Positions 35,901 through 44,895 of a stretch of 64,000 bases of DNA are shown piece by piece (position 1 is the stretch's first letter; every line of letters starts with the position of its first letter). The DNA is from Pseudomonas sp. (lineage in GTDB: Bacteria > Pseudomonadota > Gammaproteobacteria > Pseudomonadales > Pseudomonadaceae), in the NCBI GenBank assembly GCA_033720015.1, contig JAWWDH010000001.1:38097-102096 (forward strand). Direction: 5' to 3'. The position numbers and the translations under genes were made by a program. A model generated the notes under the pieces. The model did not search any database and was not told the origin of the DNA. It saw only the letters and a list, made by a program, of their open reading frames with translations.

Positions 35901-38900
35901 CTTCACCATGCCCTCGCTGGTCAGAACCGCACAGGCATTGCCAGCAGATTCGAAACGAATTTCCGCGGGCTCGATGGCCTGACGAACCTCCCAGCGAGAA
36001 GAGGAGAGTTGGCCTTTCGGAGCCCAGGCATGCACCGGCACCGGGTAAACCGGACCGCTCATGTCGGCACGGGACAGGTAGACCTGGGCCATGCCGTCGA
36101 CACCAACATTCAGACCAGCTAGGCGTGCTTCAAGGTAGCCGGCGGTACGTTTGGTTGGGGTCAAGCGCATGCCGATCTCGGGGGCTAGATCTCGGCTTTC
36201 CAGTTTCACTCCCACAGGGGAGTCTGGGGTAACCACTGCGATGATGTCATCACCTAGCGCCTCTACCACGGCTGCGTCGGTGAGCTGTAGTGCGTAGCTG
36301 CCATCGCGGCGCGTCATAAAGGTCGTCACCGCGGGAACAGACGCTTCTGCACCGCTTGGCTGAACCGCCCTACCCTCGAACATGCCCCAGGCAGACTCGA
36401 ATTTCAGGAGGATATTTTTCTCCAAGGTGAGGCCATCTTGATCCGTCGCCTTGATGCGAACCGAAGTGTCGGCGTCATCGTCGGTTCTGATCGTCAGGGT
36501 ATTGCCGTCGATAGTCGCGCTGCCATGGGCCGGCTGGCCGATAACGCTGAGCTGGTGGCTACCCCAAGTATTCGGGTCAACAACCTGCAGCTCGGCGGTA
36601 CCACCGATGCCCGCATACAGGGTCACCACGCCAGGCACTATGTCGATCGGGGCATAGTTGAACTTGGCCACCTCCACGCGCACTTCACCTTCGACACTCG
36701 CGCCGGCCTTGTCAGTGGCGCGGATGATGAAGGCGTCATTACCGAAGAACTGCGGATATGGGGTGTACTCCAGCATGCCGTGGACAAGCTGGGCCGACCC
36801 TTTAGCAGGCTGCGAGACGATCTCGAAGGTGTGCTCATCACCATAAGGAAGGTCTGCATCGACTACCCAGGGCTCAACATGGTCGCTGGCCATCCCCTCC
36901 TTGGTTGGGATCGTAGCCCCGGTTGCGTCCGGCGTATCATTGACATAGGTGACCTCGAGGGTGATCGGCTCAACCTCCGACCAAGCGCCCTCAGAGTCCA
37001 TCGCTCGGTAGGTAAGCGTGAGCTGTCCATTCCAGTCCTCGGTAGGGGTAATAGTCAGTTTGTCACCTTGAAGGGTGTACTTCCCTTCTTCCTCCTCAAG
37101 CGTGCCTATGATCTCAAACTCGAACGGAGCTGCACTGTCCACGTCTGCGGCAGTGAGCGTTACGACCAATTCTGTGTCCTCCGGCATCGTCAGGGTGAGC
37201 GGTGACACCACGGGCGCATCGTTGACCGGATTCACTGTGATTGTGATGGTCGCGGTATTGGAGTTGGCATTCTTCGAGTCGGTGGCCCGATAGGTCAGCG
37301 TGGTCGTGCCATTCCAGTCCTTCACTGGGGTGAAGGTCAGCTTGTTGCCGGCGATGCTCGCCGTGCCATGGGCGGCGTTCGGCGCAGTGACGATGGCCCA
37401 GGTATGGCTGTCACCCTCGAACTGCAGATCCACGTCAGTGACCTGCAGTTCGAGGGTGCCCACGGTGTCTTCATCGATCACCAGGGTTGCATTGCTTACC
37501 GAGGGCACATCGTTGACCGGGGTAACGGTCAACGTCACGGTCGCGGTGTTCGAGTTGGCCGTGCCGTCATTGGCCCGGTAGGTGAAGCTGGTGGTGCCGT
37601 TCCAGTTCGGCTTGGGCGTGAAGGTGGCCTTGTTGCCACTGATCGTCACGGTGCCGTGGGCGCTATTCGGGGCGGTCACAACACCATAAGTCAGGCTGTC
37701 GCTGTCCACGTCGCTGGCAACCAGGGTCACCGTGGCGGCGGTATCTTCTGCAACCGTCAGGCTGCCATTGCTGGCAACTGGTGCATCGTTGACCGGATTC
37801 ACTGTGATGGTGATGGTCGCGGTGTTGGAGTTCACATTCTTCGAGTCGGAGGCCCGATAGGTCAGCGTGGTCGTGCCATTCCAGTCCTTCACTGGGGTGA
37901 AGGTCAGCTTGTTGCCGGCGATGCTCACCGTGCCGTGGGCGGCGTTAGGCGCGGTGATGATGCTCCAGGTATGGCTGTCGCCCTCGAACTGTAGATCCAC
38001 GTCCGTAACCTGCAGGGTCAGGGTGCCAACCGTGTCTTCGTTGACCGTCAACGTCGCGTTGCTCACCGAGGGCGCATCGTTCACCGGGGTGACGGTTACG
38101 CTGATCGTCGCGGTGTTGGAATTGGCCGTTCCATCATTGGCTCTGTAGGTGAAGCTGGTCGTGCCGTTCCAGTTGGGCTTGGGCGTGAAGGTGGCTTTGT
38201 TACCGCTGATCGTCACGGTGCCGTGGGCGCTATTCGGCGCAGTCACAACGCCATAGGTCAGGCTGTCGCCATCCACGTCGCTGGCAACCAGGGTCACCGT
38301 TCCGGCGGTGTCTTCAATAACCGTCAAGGTGCCATTGCTTGCAACTGGGACGGTATTATTTGGAACGCTTTCGCAAAGGGGGCCATAGGATACGCTGCCT
38401 GCTGTCCATGCCGCACCACTACCCATAGAGTATAATTTGCCATTCCTATAGATTGTAAAATTCAAGTAAGAGCCATGAACGTCCTCTTTGTACACTCCAC
38501 CTACATAGGTCTTTGTTGAAAATTTCACTCCGTCAAAATGACCAAAAACACCCCCGTGTTTTCCTGGCTCAGATTTACAATTTAAAATCCAATCGGATCT
38601 GTCAATAGATGATTCAACACAAAGCTCGTATTCATTAATGGTCAGTCCATACATGGTGGCTGATTTTACAAACTTCCCCCGTGAGAATTTTGCCACTGGT
38701 GTAGACATCGACTTCAATACCATGCTGGAGCCTTGATCATATACTTTGGAACTGACATAGTTGTCAGTATCCATGATTTGTTGCCCTGCATAAACTATAT
38801 GATTGCCAGGAACCATAACGCCAGAACTCCAAACCAACATATTTGCACCGTTATACGAGCAAACAAATGCTGCCATTGAGCTTCCGGAAAAACCAAATAA

Positions 38901-38936
38901 CAAGAAGAACACAAGAAATATCTTAGGCGCCTTCAT
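33000..38936 (-). CDS. Large secreted Ig-like (Big_9/cadherin-like) repeat protein, 1978 aa
   Basis: Signal peptide; five ~95-aa repeats (VTPVNDAP..S..TL.V.ED...DVD.D.LTY...P...WNGTTTFTYRA.D); PKD-like C-terminal modules. Confidence 0.9.
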   Translation of the reverse strand: MKAPKIFLVFFLLFGFSGSSMAAFVCSYNGANMLVWSSGVMVPGNHIVYAGQQIMDTDNYVSSKVYDQGSSMVLKSMSTPVAKFSRGKFVKSATMYGLTINEYELCVESSIDRSDWILNCKSEPGKHGGVFGHFDGVKFSTKTYVGGVYKEDVHGSYLNFTIYRNGKLYSMGSGAAWTAGSVSYGPLCESVPNNTVPVASNGTLTVIEDTAGTVTLVASDVDGDSLTYGVVTAPNSAHGTVTISGNKATFTPKPNWNGTTSFTYRANDGTANSNTATISVTVTPVNDAPSVSNATLTVNEDTVGTLTLQVTDVDLQFEGDSHTWSIITAPNAAHGTVSIAGNKLTFTPVKDWNGTTTLTYRASDSKNVNSNTATITITVNPVNDAPVASNGSLTVAEDTAATVTLVASDVDSDSLTYGVVTAPNSAHGTVTISGNKATFTPKPNWNGTTSFTYRANDGTANSNTATVTLTVTPVNDVPSVSNATLVIDEDTVGTLELQVTDVDLQFEGDSHTWAIVTAPNAAHGTASIAGNKLTFTPVKDWNGTTTLTYRATDSKNANSNTATITITVNPVNDAPVVSPLTLTMPEDTELVVTLTAADVDSAAPFEFEIIGTLEEEEGKYTLQGDKLTITPTEDWNGQLTLTYRAMDSEGAWSEVEPITLEVTYVNDTPDATGATIPTKEGMASDHVEPWVVDADLPYGDEHTFEIVSQPAKGSAQLVHGMLEYTPYPQFFGNDAFIIRATDKAGASVEGEVRVEVAKFNYAPIDIVPGVVTLYAGIGGTAELQVVDPNTWGSHQLSVIGQPAHGSATIDGNTLTIRTDDDADTSVRIKATDQDGLTLEKNILLKFESAWGMFEGRAVQPSGAEASVPAVTTFMTRRDGSYALQLTDAAVVEALGDDIIAVVTPDSPVGVKLESRDLAPEIGMRLTPTKRTAGYLEARLAGLNVGVDGMAQVYLSRADMSGPVYPVPVHAWAPKGQLSSSRWEVRQAIEPAEIRFESAGNACAVLTSEGMVKPKNVLQDPACLIEWDLKPEEWRNTSNSTSLAMEAYGRTTGKHPVRAKAYVFDPQGGKHWIADFDQELTVLPVIDAVSFALQPAPAQTYQSVQNLALVLRQQSGASCDATTTETIARNVAKQWQSKPMCFIRWTNLPEGLAQSTTWHVPQAVGSALVLGEQSITWKVSVFTPSGEEIDVTHGSHDIEVIEPPAIEIELPTSNLVGDDIYAVSQLGGYVGSVTVNALPANIDVKDSHGLEEGEYSTIPSYGRNQRITRYIEGDEQPLWSLTPYRFSARYTQLPALETHKEAQLLAVPHDKILPVILNDERRVLDTQSLPINVQILDTNFPEDGHRLSSMGDWDIRLLMSTSGMNYQPLSDWEPINDDGVAEFEMDLALLTNKIVRVVAEARVRSPVPGYESVRKTAYPMTLTILNGDPLDGMIQALRVIGPAPLRSTFYAMTVNRMESSDIGDVRWERSKDGGATWETVENTGQLQQRLTMVFAKGTYHLRAEITNRHSGEKSFTPQIEVIAYEVPVARLKGPANVFISDIGRFQLTDIQGEGLDTAGMVVEWSEDRGQTWVEGTGSYELTRDSAERVYLMARVKFADSPDDKRVYRNLRAGVAFRKVRPPRVQLIGPRRPEVGQEAIWKANLMMPYPKMDLTMDGYFILPNGEIVHEREVAYTPTMEDSTEEKSYIGFEAWINGYEDNGGKGLTQHRLLFWSYDWPEWSIQAKTSAAYSPADLTMQVRSLGLFREFEGLEMDWDIPPYPGVEVVKDTSQTSRVLRIIEAGTYTFGVHVSDARGNYSYAQTELTFMEPIPYEVTLSWSGDNPANRAPLGVLIRPSITGGHPKDRIESRQYTLNGEPLESSGDYGRATLDKGTHTVRLDIASQMGHTANGEVSIQVEENMPPTCTVEVIEGRTSWLARSGCTDEDGRLASYLWFVDGVQQAITSSSISVPMWRYPNGEPVITLVGVDDSGAESQPVSNY
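37216..38349. repeat. Tandem 567-bp near-identical duplication (two Ig domains per unit)
   Basis: Matching sequence at 37321/37888, 37216/37783 and 37763/38330. Confidence 0.9.
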
Positions 38937-39101
38937 TATTCTTCCCCTTAAAGTGTTCGCGCATACAATTCAGCATTTCCCAATGGTGCAATCTTGTAGT
39001 TTGTGAAGGCCGGCAAGCTTTCAGTGGTCATGATTCACAATGGGAATTCTCAATGAGCGCCCCGTGAACTGCTTTGGCTACTGATGTGTACCGCTGGCCC
39101 G

Positions 39102-39599
39102 CTAATTATTCCCTTGACGGTCTACAACCTTTGTCGACAACGGCCGCAACGTCGGTGCTGCATCAGACTGACGCGAGCCAATTTCCCAGCGACGCGCTTC
39201 CACTTCGGTATATATAAAACCAGGAACGTACAGGTCACCGTTCTCGTCTTCCCACGGATCTATTGCAATCCGCATAACTACAGCCTGGGTGCGAATAGGG
39301 AGCGGGTTGCGAGCGCGCATTGGAATAGGCGCGTTATCAGCCCCCTCTGCGTAGAGAACTCGGGTTTGAGGTTCGCCCTGAACGGCAGGCTTACCTCCCT
39401 GGGCGGCCTGCTGCTCGGCCTTGAGGGTAGTCTTGTAGTTCTCAGTTTCGGTGGCGTTATAAACCTCTTTTGCCGACATGCAGGACACACCTTCAGGCAT
39501 ACCCTTACAGGAATATTCAGAAGCGCCGATATTGAGCATGCTCGTGCAGCCGGTCATAAGGAATGTTGCAACGGAAATTGCAATAATATTCTTGATCAT
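39102..39599 (-). CDS. traV: Lipoprotein TraV
   Basis: Lipobox MTGC; YSCKG..GVSCMSA; MRIAIDPWEDENGDL.VPG.IY. Confidence 0.92.
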   Translation of the reverse strand: MIKNIIAISVATFLMTGCTSMLNIGASEYSCKGMPEGVSCMSAKEVYNATETENYKTTLKAEQQAAQGGKPAVQGEPQTRVLYAEGADNAPIPMRARNPLPIRTQAVVMRIAIDPWEDENGDLYVPGFIYTEVEARRWEIGSRQSDAAPTLRPLSTKVVDRQGNN

Positions 39600-39609
39600 G
39601 GTCAGTTCC

Positions 39610-40917
39610 TTAGTTCACGTCTGCAACTTTTAGGGTGGTCGAGTTGAATTTAACGGTCATGCCTTTATTGACGATAAAGTCGATATCGCGCATGGCGTCG
39701 ATTTCAATTACGGGGAAAATGTTCTCGGCCATTTCCAGATAGAAGTCGGCAATGCGCTCCAGGGCGCTACCTACACCACCTACACCAGCGGCCTGGATAG
39801 CGTTTGAATCGAATGCCTGCTCATAAACGGGTGATTGCGTAGAGCCGTTGTCGCCCGAACGTGTGATGTTGATCGAGGGAACCTGCTTTACATCGAAAGC
39901 CCCGGCTACGCCTTGGAGGAAACCAGCCATCAGGCTGCGAGCAATGATCTGCCCTTGCTTACTGACCAGTCGACCGCGAATGCCCGTCTTACCATCCTCA
40001 CCGGTGGCGTAGGCTTCGATGGGAGCTTCGAGAACGGTGCCGTCATTGCGCACACAGGAGAGGCGCTCAGCACGCATGTAGGCCCGTTCAGAGCTGAGGT
40101 CGCCCCAGCCGCCAGCGATCAGCATGCACTCGCGAAAGTCGGCGCGGAAACGGTTTGGCAGGATGGCCTCGGCCTTGATGCGCAGCAGCGAGGGGAAGGG
40201 ATCGCGCTGCGCCTGACGTCCGGTAGGAGCGTCCATTCCGGTCACCAGTACACCGGAGAGGATTGAGCCGGCCGGGATAGTGATCGACATCTCTTTGGTC
40301 GACTCGTCCTCCGTCTTGGCCTTCTCATTGCGGATGGTGCGGATCTTGGGCGCTTCTTGCTTCTCGCTGGATCGCGCCCGCGGGTCAACGGGCGGAGCTG
40401 GCGGCAGGTTGGAGTAAACGTCACCCAGGGCGTCAGCAGAGTCGGTTGCCTTTTGCACAAACTGAGGCGTGCGCTCAGAAATCACAGTCGCCTGCTGCTG
40501 GGCTGGATCTTCATCCTCCCTAGCATCGACACTGCGCTTGCCGCCTTCACGCTCGACTCGGGCAAGCTCCTGCTGCAGGATATTCACCTGCTCTTCTAGG
40601 CTAGTGACTTGCTCCTGGGTCTTGACTAACTTTTGATCCTTCTCACGCATACCAAGGGTGCGTTCGAGACGTTGCTGCTGGGTCTGGAGCTGGCGAAGCT
40701 GGGTCGCCATAGAATCGAGGCCAAGGCCACGCGGGTCTTCGTCAGTGATGACTGCTTCAACCTGTGGCTTTGCTGATGAACGATCGCGTTTCTCCGGGGT
40801 TGCTGCGTTCATTGCTACGCCGACGAAGGAACCAACTACGAGCACGGTACCGCCAATAGCGGCGATCATTTTGCCCTTGGGGGTCATGTTGCTCAGGGCG
40901 TTGCGTATAGCTTCCAT
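39610..40917 (-). CDS. traB: TraB (VirB10-like)
   Basis: IPAGSILSGVLVTGMDAP; FRECMLIAGGWGDLSSERA; GKTGIRGRLVSKQG. Confidence 0.95.
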   Translation of the reverse strand: MEAIRNALSNMTPKGKMIAAIGGTVLVVGSFVGVAMNAATPEKRDRSSAKPQVEAVITDEDPRGLGLDSMATQLRQLQTQQQRLERTLGMREKDQKLVKTQEQVTSLEEQVNILQQELARVEREGGKRSVDAREDEDPAQQQATVISERTPQFVQKATDSADALGDVYSNLPPAPPVDPRARSSEKQEAPKIRTIRNEKAKTEDESTKEMSITIPAGSILSGVLVTGMDAPTGRQAQRDPFPSLLRIKAEAILPNRFRADFRECMLIAGGWGDLSSERAYMRAERLSCVRNDGTVLEAPIEAYATGEDGKTGIRGRLVSKQGQIIARSLMAGFLQGVAGAFDVKQVPSINITRSGDNGSTQSPVYEQAFDSNAIQAAGVGGVGSALERIADFYLEMAENIFPVIEIDAMRDIDFIVNKGMTVKFNSTTLKVADVN

Positions 40918-40930
40918 GGGTGCCTTCTCC

Positions 40931-41974
40931 TTAATCCAAGAGGCTTGGACGAACCGATGTCTCGGCAACTACCTTCGGAACGCGGGTGATCACGAACACT
41001 TCGGTCTTCTGGCCCGGCTCCAGCATTTCGTGTGGCCAGCTGCTTACCGCTGCACGATGAGGATGGGTACATGCTCCATGGTCGAACTCGACGGTTTTGG
41101 CAGAGATGTTCTCGGCTACGGCCACATACACGCGGAAGTCATGGCCCTGGATCAACTGGGATTTGGAGAAGTCGTAGGTGATCGCAGGCTGAGCGCATGC
41201 AGGAATCGAGTCCCCGTGCTGCAGAACGCCAAAGCTGTAGCCTCGCGGCAAGCTGCCCATGGCAAGTTCGCGCATCAGAGATCGCAAGGTGTCCATGTAT
41301 GGCTGAGATCGTTCCCACTTACGCGCAGTGCCGCTATAGGCTTGGCCGCCGAGAGCGGGTATACCGCCCGCTACACCTGGAACGCTCTGGGCGAAGATGA
41401 GATTGGCCTGGATGGGCGGAATGCTCTGCGGCAGCAGGGTCAGCGAGATAGCGACCGACTCATCATCTTCCGGCGTGACGAACATGGTCACGGGTTGATC
41501 GTTCTCGGTGGTCACATAGATGACATTGCCGCTGGTGGAGATTTCAGCACTCGAAACCGTCTGGATATTTGGGTTCTCAAAGGGGGTTACCAGGCGGTTG
41601 ATCTGGGACTTGCTGATGGGGATCAGAGTGTTGGTACCAGACGCCACTACAACGTCCTGGCGGGTTTCGACAGGCTTGCCGGGTCTGGGCGCAGGCCTCG
41701 GGACAACGCCGGCCGGCACAGCTGGAATTTCACTACCGCTGTTCTCTACCAGGACAAGGCGCTTAGATGGCTCGGTAGGAGCTGCGCTCTGACCACCTTG
41801 GCCAACGTGCTGCACCTTAGTACGCGCAGGATCGTCCTGCTGAACGCTGGCAGCCACCGGCATGCTCAGGCCGGGAATACTGATGGGCTCTTGCGCGAAT
41901 GCATGGGTCGTCGCTGTGATGGCCAGGAACAGCGCGGCCAGCTTGATAGGTGCGGTAATGCGTGGGGGGATCAT
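40931..41974 (-). CDS. traK: TraK (secretin-like)
   Basis: ISKSQINRLVTPF; GNVIYV; LTLLPQSIPP; position between traE and traB. Confidence 0.9.
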   Translation of the reverse strand: MIPPRITAPIKLAALFLAITATTHAFAQEPISIPGLSMPVAASVQQDDPARTKVQHVGQGGQSAAPTEPSKRLVLVENSGSEIPAVPAGVVPRPAPRPGKPVETRQDVVVASGTNTLIPISKSQINRLVTPFENPNIQTVSSAEISTSGNVIYVTTENDQPVTMFVTPEDDESVAISLTLLPQSIPPIQANLIFAQSVPGVAGGIPALGGQAYSGTARKWERSQPYMDTLRSLMRELAMGSLPRGYSFGVLQHGDSIPACAQPAITYDFSKSQLIQGHDFRVYVAVAENISAKTVEFDHGACTHPHRAAVSSWPHEMLEPGQKTEVFVITRVPKVVAETSVRPSLLD

Positions 41975-42038
41975 CGGGAAGCCTCAGTTCTCTGATAGCT
42001 GCATTTTCCCGAGTCAGCGAACATGATTGGCGTTTAAT

Positions 42039-42057
42039 CTGACCACTTTTTTGTCGA
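42039..42057 (-). promoter_or_regulatory. Transfer-regulon box upstream of traK
   Basis: CTGACCA-CTTTT-TTGTCGA; -10-like GAAAAT 31-36 nt downstream; 64 nt to ATG. Confidence 0.75.
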
Positions 42058-42059
42058 AT

Positions 42060-42089
42060 AAAAAAAAGCCCCGGGATCTGCCGGGGCTT
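42060..42089 (-). terminator. Intrinsic terminator after traE
   Basis: AGCCCCGG-cagatc-CCGGGGCT followed by a T8 run. Confidence 0.85.
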
Positions 42090-42102
42090 ATCTGGTGGGC
42101 TA

Positions 42103-42738
42103 TCAGCTTTTGTTGCGAGCTGCTCGCTCTGCCATTTTTGCATCCTTCTTGGCTTCCCGGTCGATCACGTCCTGGGTGCGTGCGTCGCCGGCATTGGTGC
42201 TGATCCAGCTCAGGACGGGCTTGTAGTCCTGAATTCGCAGCTCAATCTCGTAAGTCCGATTGGTGCGCCGCTTTTCACCCGCAGGGCCTTGACTAATCGA
42301 GCGGCCAGTGATGAAGAAGCGATTCGGGTTGACGTTATCGCGCAGAACCTTCTGCGGCTCGAAGCTCAGCGATACCCGATCCTGCCGAATCTGGAAGATT
42401 TGGTTGTCGAGCACATCCATGGTGGATTGGTAGATTTCCGGATCGAGGATCGGCCCGAGGGCATCCTTCACAATCGTGGCATTGGCCGGCGTCACGTTGC
42501 CCAGCAGCATGCCGATGTAGAGCGCCCAGGCTTCGGTGTACTCACTGGAACTCTGGGTTTTACTGACCCAGGCTTGTTCGGTGAGGGTTGGAGGCACCAC
42601 GGTGATGATCTGGTCTTTTTTCAGCGCCGAGCATGAAGACACCATGACCCCAACACCCAGGACAGCGAGCATGAGCCGGAGGAATTTATTCTCCCCCCGC
42701 ATTCCGTCGAACGAGTTTTGCAGATTGGAAAGAAGCAT
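42103..42738 (-). CDS. traE: TraE
   Basis: ENKFLR; TVVPPTL; LLGNVTP; position after traL. Confidence 0.92.
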   Translation of the reverse strand: MLLSNLQNSFDGMRGENKFLRLMLAVLGVGVMVSSCSALKKDQIITVVPPTLTEQAWVSKTQSSSEYTEAWALYIGMLLGNVTPANATIVKDALGPILDPEIYQSTMDVLDNQIFQIRQDRVSLSFEPQKVLRDNVNPNRFFITGRSISQGPAGEKRRTNRTYEIELRIQDYKPVLSWISTNAGDARTQDVIDREAKKDAKMAERAARNKS

Positions 42739-43028
42739 CAGATGAAATCTCTCTCGTAGGAATTGGGCATGATCCGGGTTTGTTTGGAGCTAATTGCGCC
42801 CATGTACCAATAGATCGCATGAAGCAAATAGCCGTCCGGCCGGTTGTCACAAAAGCGCCGGTAGAAGCGGGCCAGGACAAGACCCGCCACGGTACAGAGA
42901 GTCAGCTGGGCCAGGAGCACGCCGGCAACCAGGCCAATACCGATGGGCAGCACCTCGTCGAGTCGCCAGAACATGACATAGGGAGGCTCGTCGATATGAG
43001 CAGGGATTTCGACCGGTTCATGGCTCAT
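42738..43028 (-). CDS. traL: TraL
   Basis: EIPAHIDEPP...W..DE; PDGYLLHAIYW.G. Confidence 0.92.
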   Translation of the reverse strand: MSHEPVEIPAHIDEPPYVMFWRLDEVLPIGIGLVAGVLLAQLTLCTVAGLVLARFYRRFCDNRPDGYLLHAIYWYMGAISSKQTRIMPNSYERDFI

Positions 43029-43792
43029 TGTTGCGCTCCTGTGCGGCTGACTTGTTCCATGGCACTCAAGATTCCTTCCTGATTCGCGTTCGCCCCTTGC
43101 AAGACGATGGAGTTGCCGGTCTCGTTGTCGATAACCATGGTGGATGGGGTTTGTTTGATGTCGAGCTTGATGGCTTGCTCCATGTCGGCCATGACACGCT
43201 CAATGACTGCAGTGGAGTCCATGCACAGGCTGAAACGCTTGGGGTCAAGCCTCAGTTTGCTAGCCAGCCCCGAAAGCGAACTGGAAACGCCTTTCCCATG
43301 GCCGCCGGTGTTTTCGAATACCTGCTGGGTGTATTTCCACGCGGTTTCTGAGCCGCCCTGCTCGCCTGCACACTCGATGGCCAGCGCCTGCTGGCGGGAT
43401 GCCTCGGACAGTGCCGGCACATGCACAAGGGCCGCATTGATCTGGCCGCCGGAGGTATCAATCATCGACTTGAGGATCGGGAAGTGATCCCTGCAGTAAG
43501 GGCATTCGGTGTCGGTCATTTCCACCAAGGTGAAGCGCGCTTGGGTGTTACCGTAGATCCAGTTGTCGGGAACACCGCCCTCCTGGATGGGGGTTTCTTC
43601 CAGGGTCAGTCCGGAAATGATTTCCTGCAGCTCGGCAATGTCGTCAGAGTTGAGCGGCTTCGAGGGCAATGCCTCAAGCTCGGTAATGCGCTGATTCAGG
43701 TGGCTGACGGTGGTGACGTGCATGTAAGCGCCTACAGCCAGCGCGGTAGCAAGGCCAGTGATAGCGATCACTGACGGGATGGATGTCGCCAT
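43025..43792 (-). CDS. Membrane-anchored DsbA/thioredoxin-fold protein
   Basis: YGNTQARFTLVEMTDTECPYC; QTPST cis-Pro loop. Confidence 0.85.
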   Translation of the reverse strand: MATSIPSVIAITGLATALAVGAYMHVTTVSHLNQRITELEALPSKPLNSDDIAELQEIISGLTLEETPIQEGGVPDNWIYGNTQARFTLVEMTDTECPYCRDHFPILKSMIDTSGGQINAALVHVPALSEASRQQALAIECAGEQGGSETAWKYTQQVFENTGGHGKGVSSSLSGLASKLRLDPKRFSLCMDSTAVIERVMADMEQAIKLDIKQTPSTMVIDNETGNSIVLQGANANQEGILSAMEQVSRTGAQQ

Positions 43793-43858
43793 GGTTTCTG
43801 TCCCAGTACGTTGTTGCTGGGCAGTGTGCATCCAGCAACAACCGATTTGGGCCTGAAT

Positions 43859-43877
43859 CCGACCAGATTTTGGTCGG
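43859..43877 (-). promoter_or_regulatory. Transfer-regulon box (perfect arms) upstream of the dsbA-like/traL/traE unit
   Basis: CCGACCA-GATTT-TGGTCGG; -10-like CACACT 31-36 nt downstream. Confidence 0.8.
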
Positions 43878-43878
43878 T

Positions 43879-44529
43879 TTAGATTTGCTTGGGCAGGTTA
43901 CGAATCAGCACAGAAAGCAAGATAGGCAGCACGATGATGATGAAGGTACAGACCACAAGCGGCGGTAGAGGCAGAGGCGCGAGAAGGCTGAGCACAAGCA
44001 GGATGCCGCCCCAACTGATCATCGCCGCGGCGTTGTTGTTGAGGAAGGGCGACGAGTAGTCGAATCCATGGCGCTTTGCCTGCCAGCGCATATAGCCGGC
44101 GAAGACCGCCGGCACGACGACAACCGCAAAGAACGGCACCCAGAAGAGCGTAAGGACGCCTCGATAAACCACTTGGTAGATGATCTTTTGCAGCGCCTCG
44201 CCCCGGGTTTGCAGGTAGTCAAACCACCAGCCCACATTCTTCTCGAAGGCGTCCACCGTGTCCTTGCCGCGAGGCATGAAGACATCACTCACGACCTGCT
44301 TGGCTCCGGAGTCGATGACCAAGCTGGTATAGATCCGGTTTGTGTTATCGACAACCCGCTTGTAGTCGCCCGCGGCAAGCAGATCATTGCTCCACTTGTG
44401 CTCCACCTGGATCACCTTGTCGATCAGCAGATTCGGTGCCAGCGTGGCCAGCATCAAGATCAGGATGAACAGGAAGGCGATGGAGGCGACCATGCTCTTG
44501 GGCCATTTCTCCTCAATGGTGTCAGCCAT
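43879..44529 (-). CDS. traJ: DUF4400-family membrane protein (TraJ-like of SXT/IncC)
   Basis: TM helices; RWQAKRHGFDYSSP; located downstream of traD. Confidence 0.7.
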   Translation of the reverse strand: MADTIEEKWPKSMVASIAFLFILILMLATLAPNLLIDKVIQVEHKWSNDLLAAGDYKRVVDNTNRIYTSLVIDSGAKQVVSDVFMPRGKDTVDAFEKNVGWWFDYLQTRGEALQKIIYQVVYRGVLTLFWVPFFAVVVVPAVFAGYMRWQAKRHGFDYSSPFLNNNAAAMISWGGILLVLSLLAPLPLPPLVVCTFIIIVLPILLSVLIRNLPKQI

Positions 44530-44878
44530 TTAGCAGGTACTCCTTAATGGGGGTTGGAATCGTCGCTACATCGCAAAGGCCAGCCACAACATCATCAGGA
44601 ACTGCCGAACCGCGCTCCTTTAGCTGGATGAACAGCTGCGACAGAACGTAATACAGGCGCTCGTAATCGCTCACGCCTTGCTGGCATAGGATTTTGTAGT
44701 TAAACAGCGCATCGCTTAGTGACTCGGCCACATCCTTGTTGGCAAAGCCGGCCTTCACCAGGCCGAGTAGGAAACGTGTACCGCAATTCCAGTCGATGTC
44801 GAAATTGCGCAGGATGGCCATCGTTTGCTCATCCAGGGCGAGGTAACGCTGTATCTCAAGGGTACGGGTAACAGACAT
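44522..44878 (-). CDS. Hypothetical protein in the traD-traJ operon
   Basis: 118-aa ORF coupled to the next gene. Confidence 0.6.
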   Translation of the reverse strand: MSVTRTLEIQRYLALDEQTMAILRNFDIDWNCGTRFLLGLVKAGFANKDVAESLSDALFNYKILCQQGVSDYERLYYVLSQLFIQLKERGSAVPDDVVAGLCDVATIPTPIKEYLLNG

Positions 44879-44895
44879 GGGGCATTCCTGTGCGC

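Noticed and set aside
33816-37205. Long plus-strand ORFs (395, 233, 255 aa)
   Set aside because: Antisense shadows of the Ig-repeat gene.
33000-38936. Calling the large protein TraN
   Set aside because: It lacks the Cys-rich TraN C-terminal region and is built from Ig-like repeats.
40658-41995. 445-aa plus-strand ORF
   Set aside because: Antisense shadow of traK/traB.
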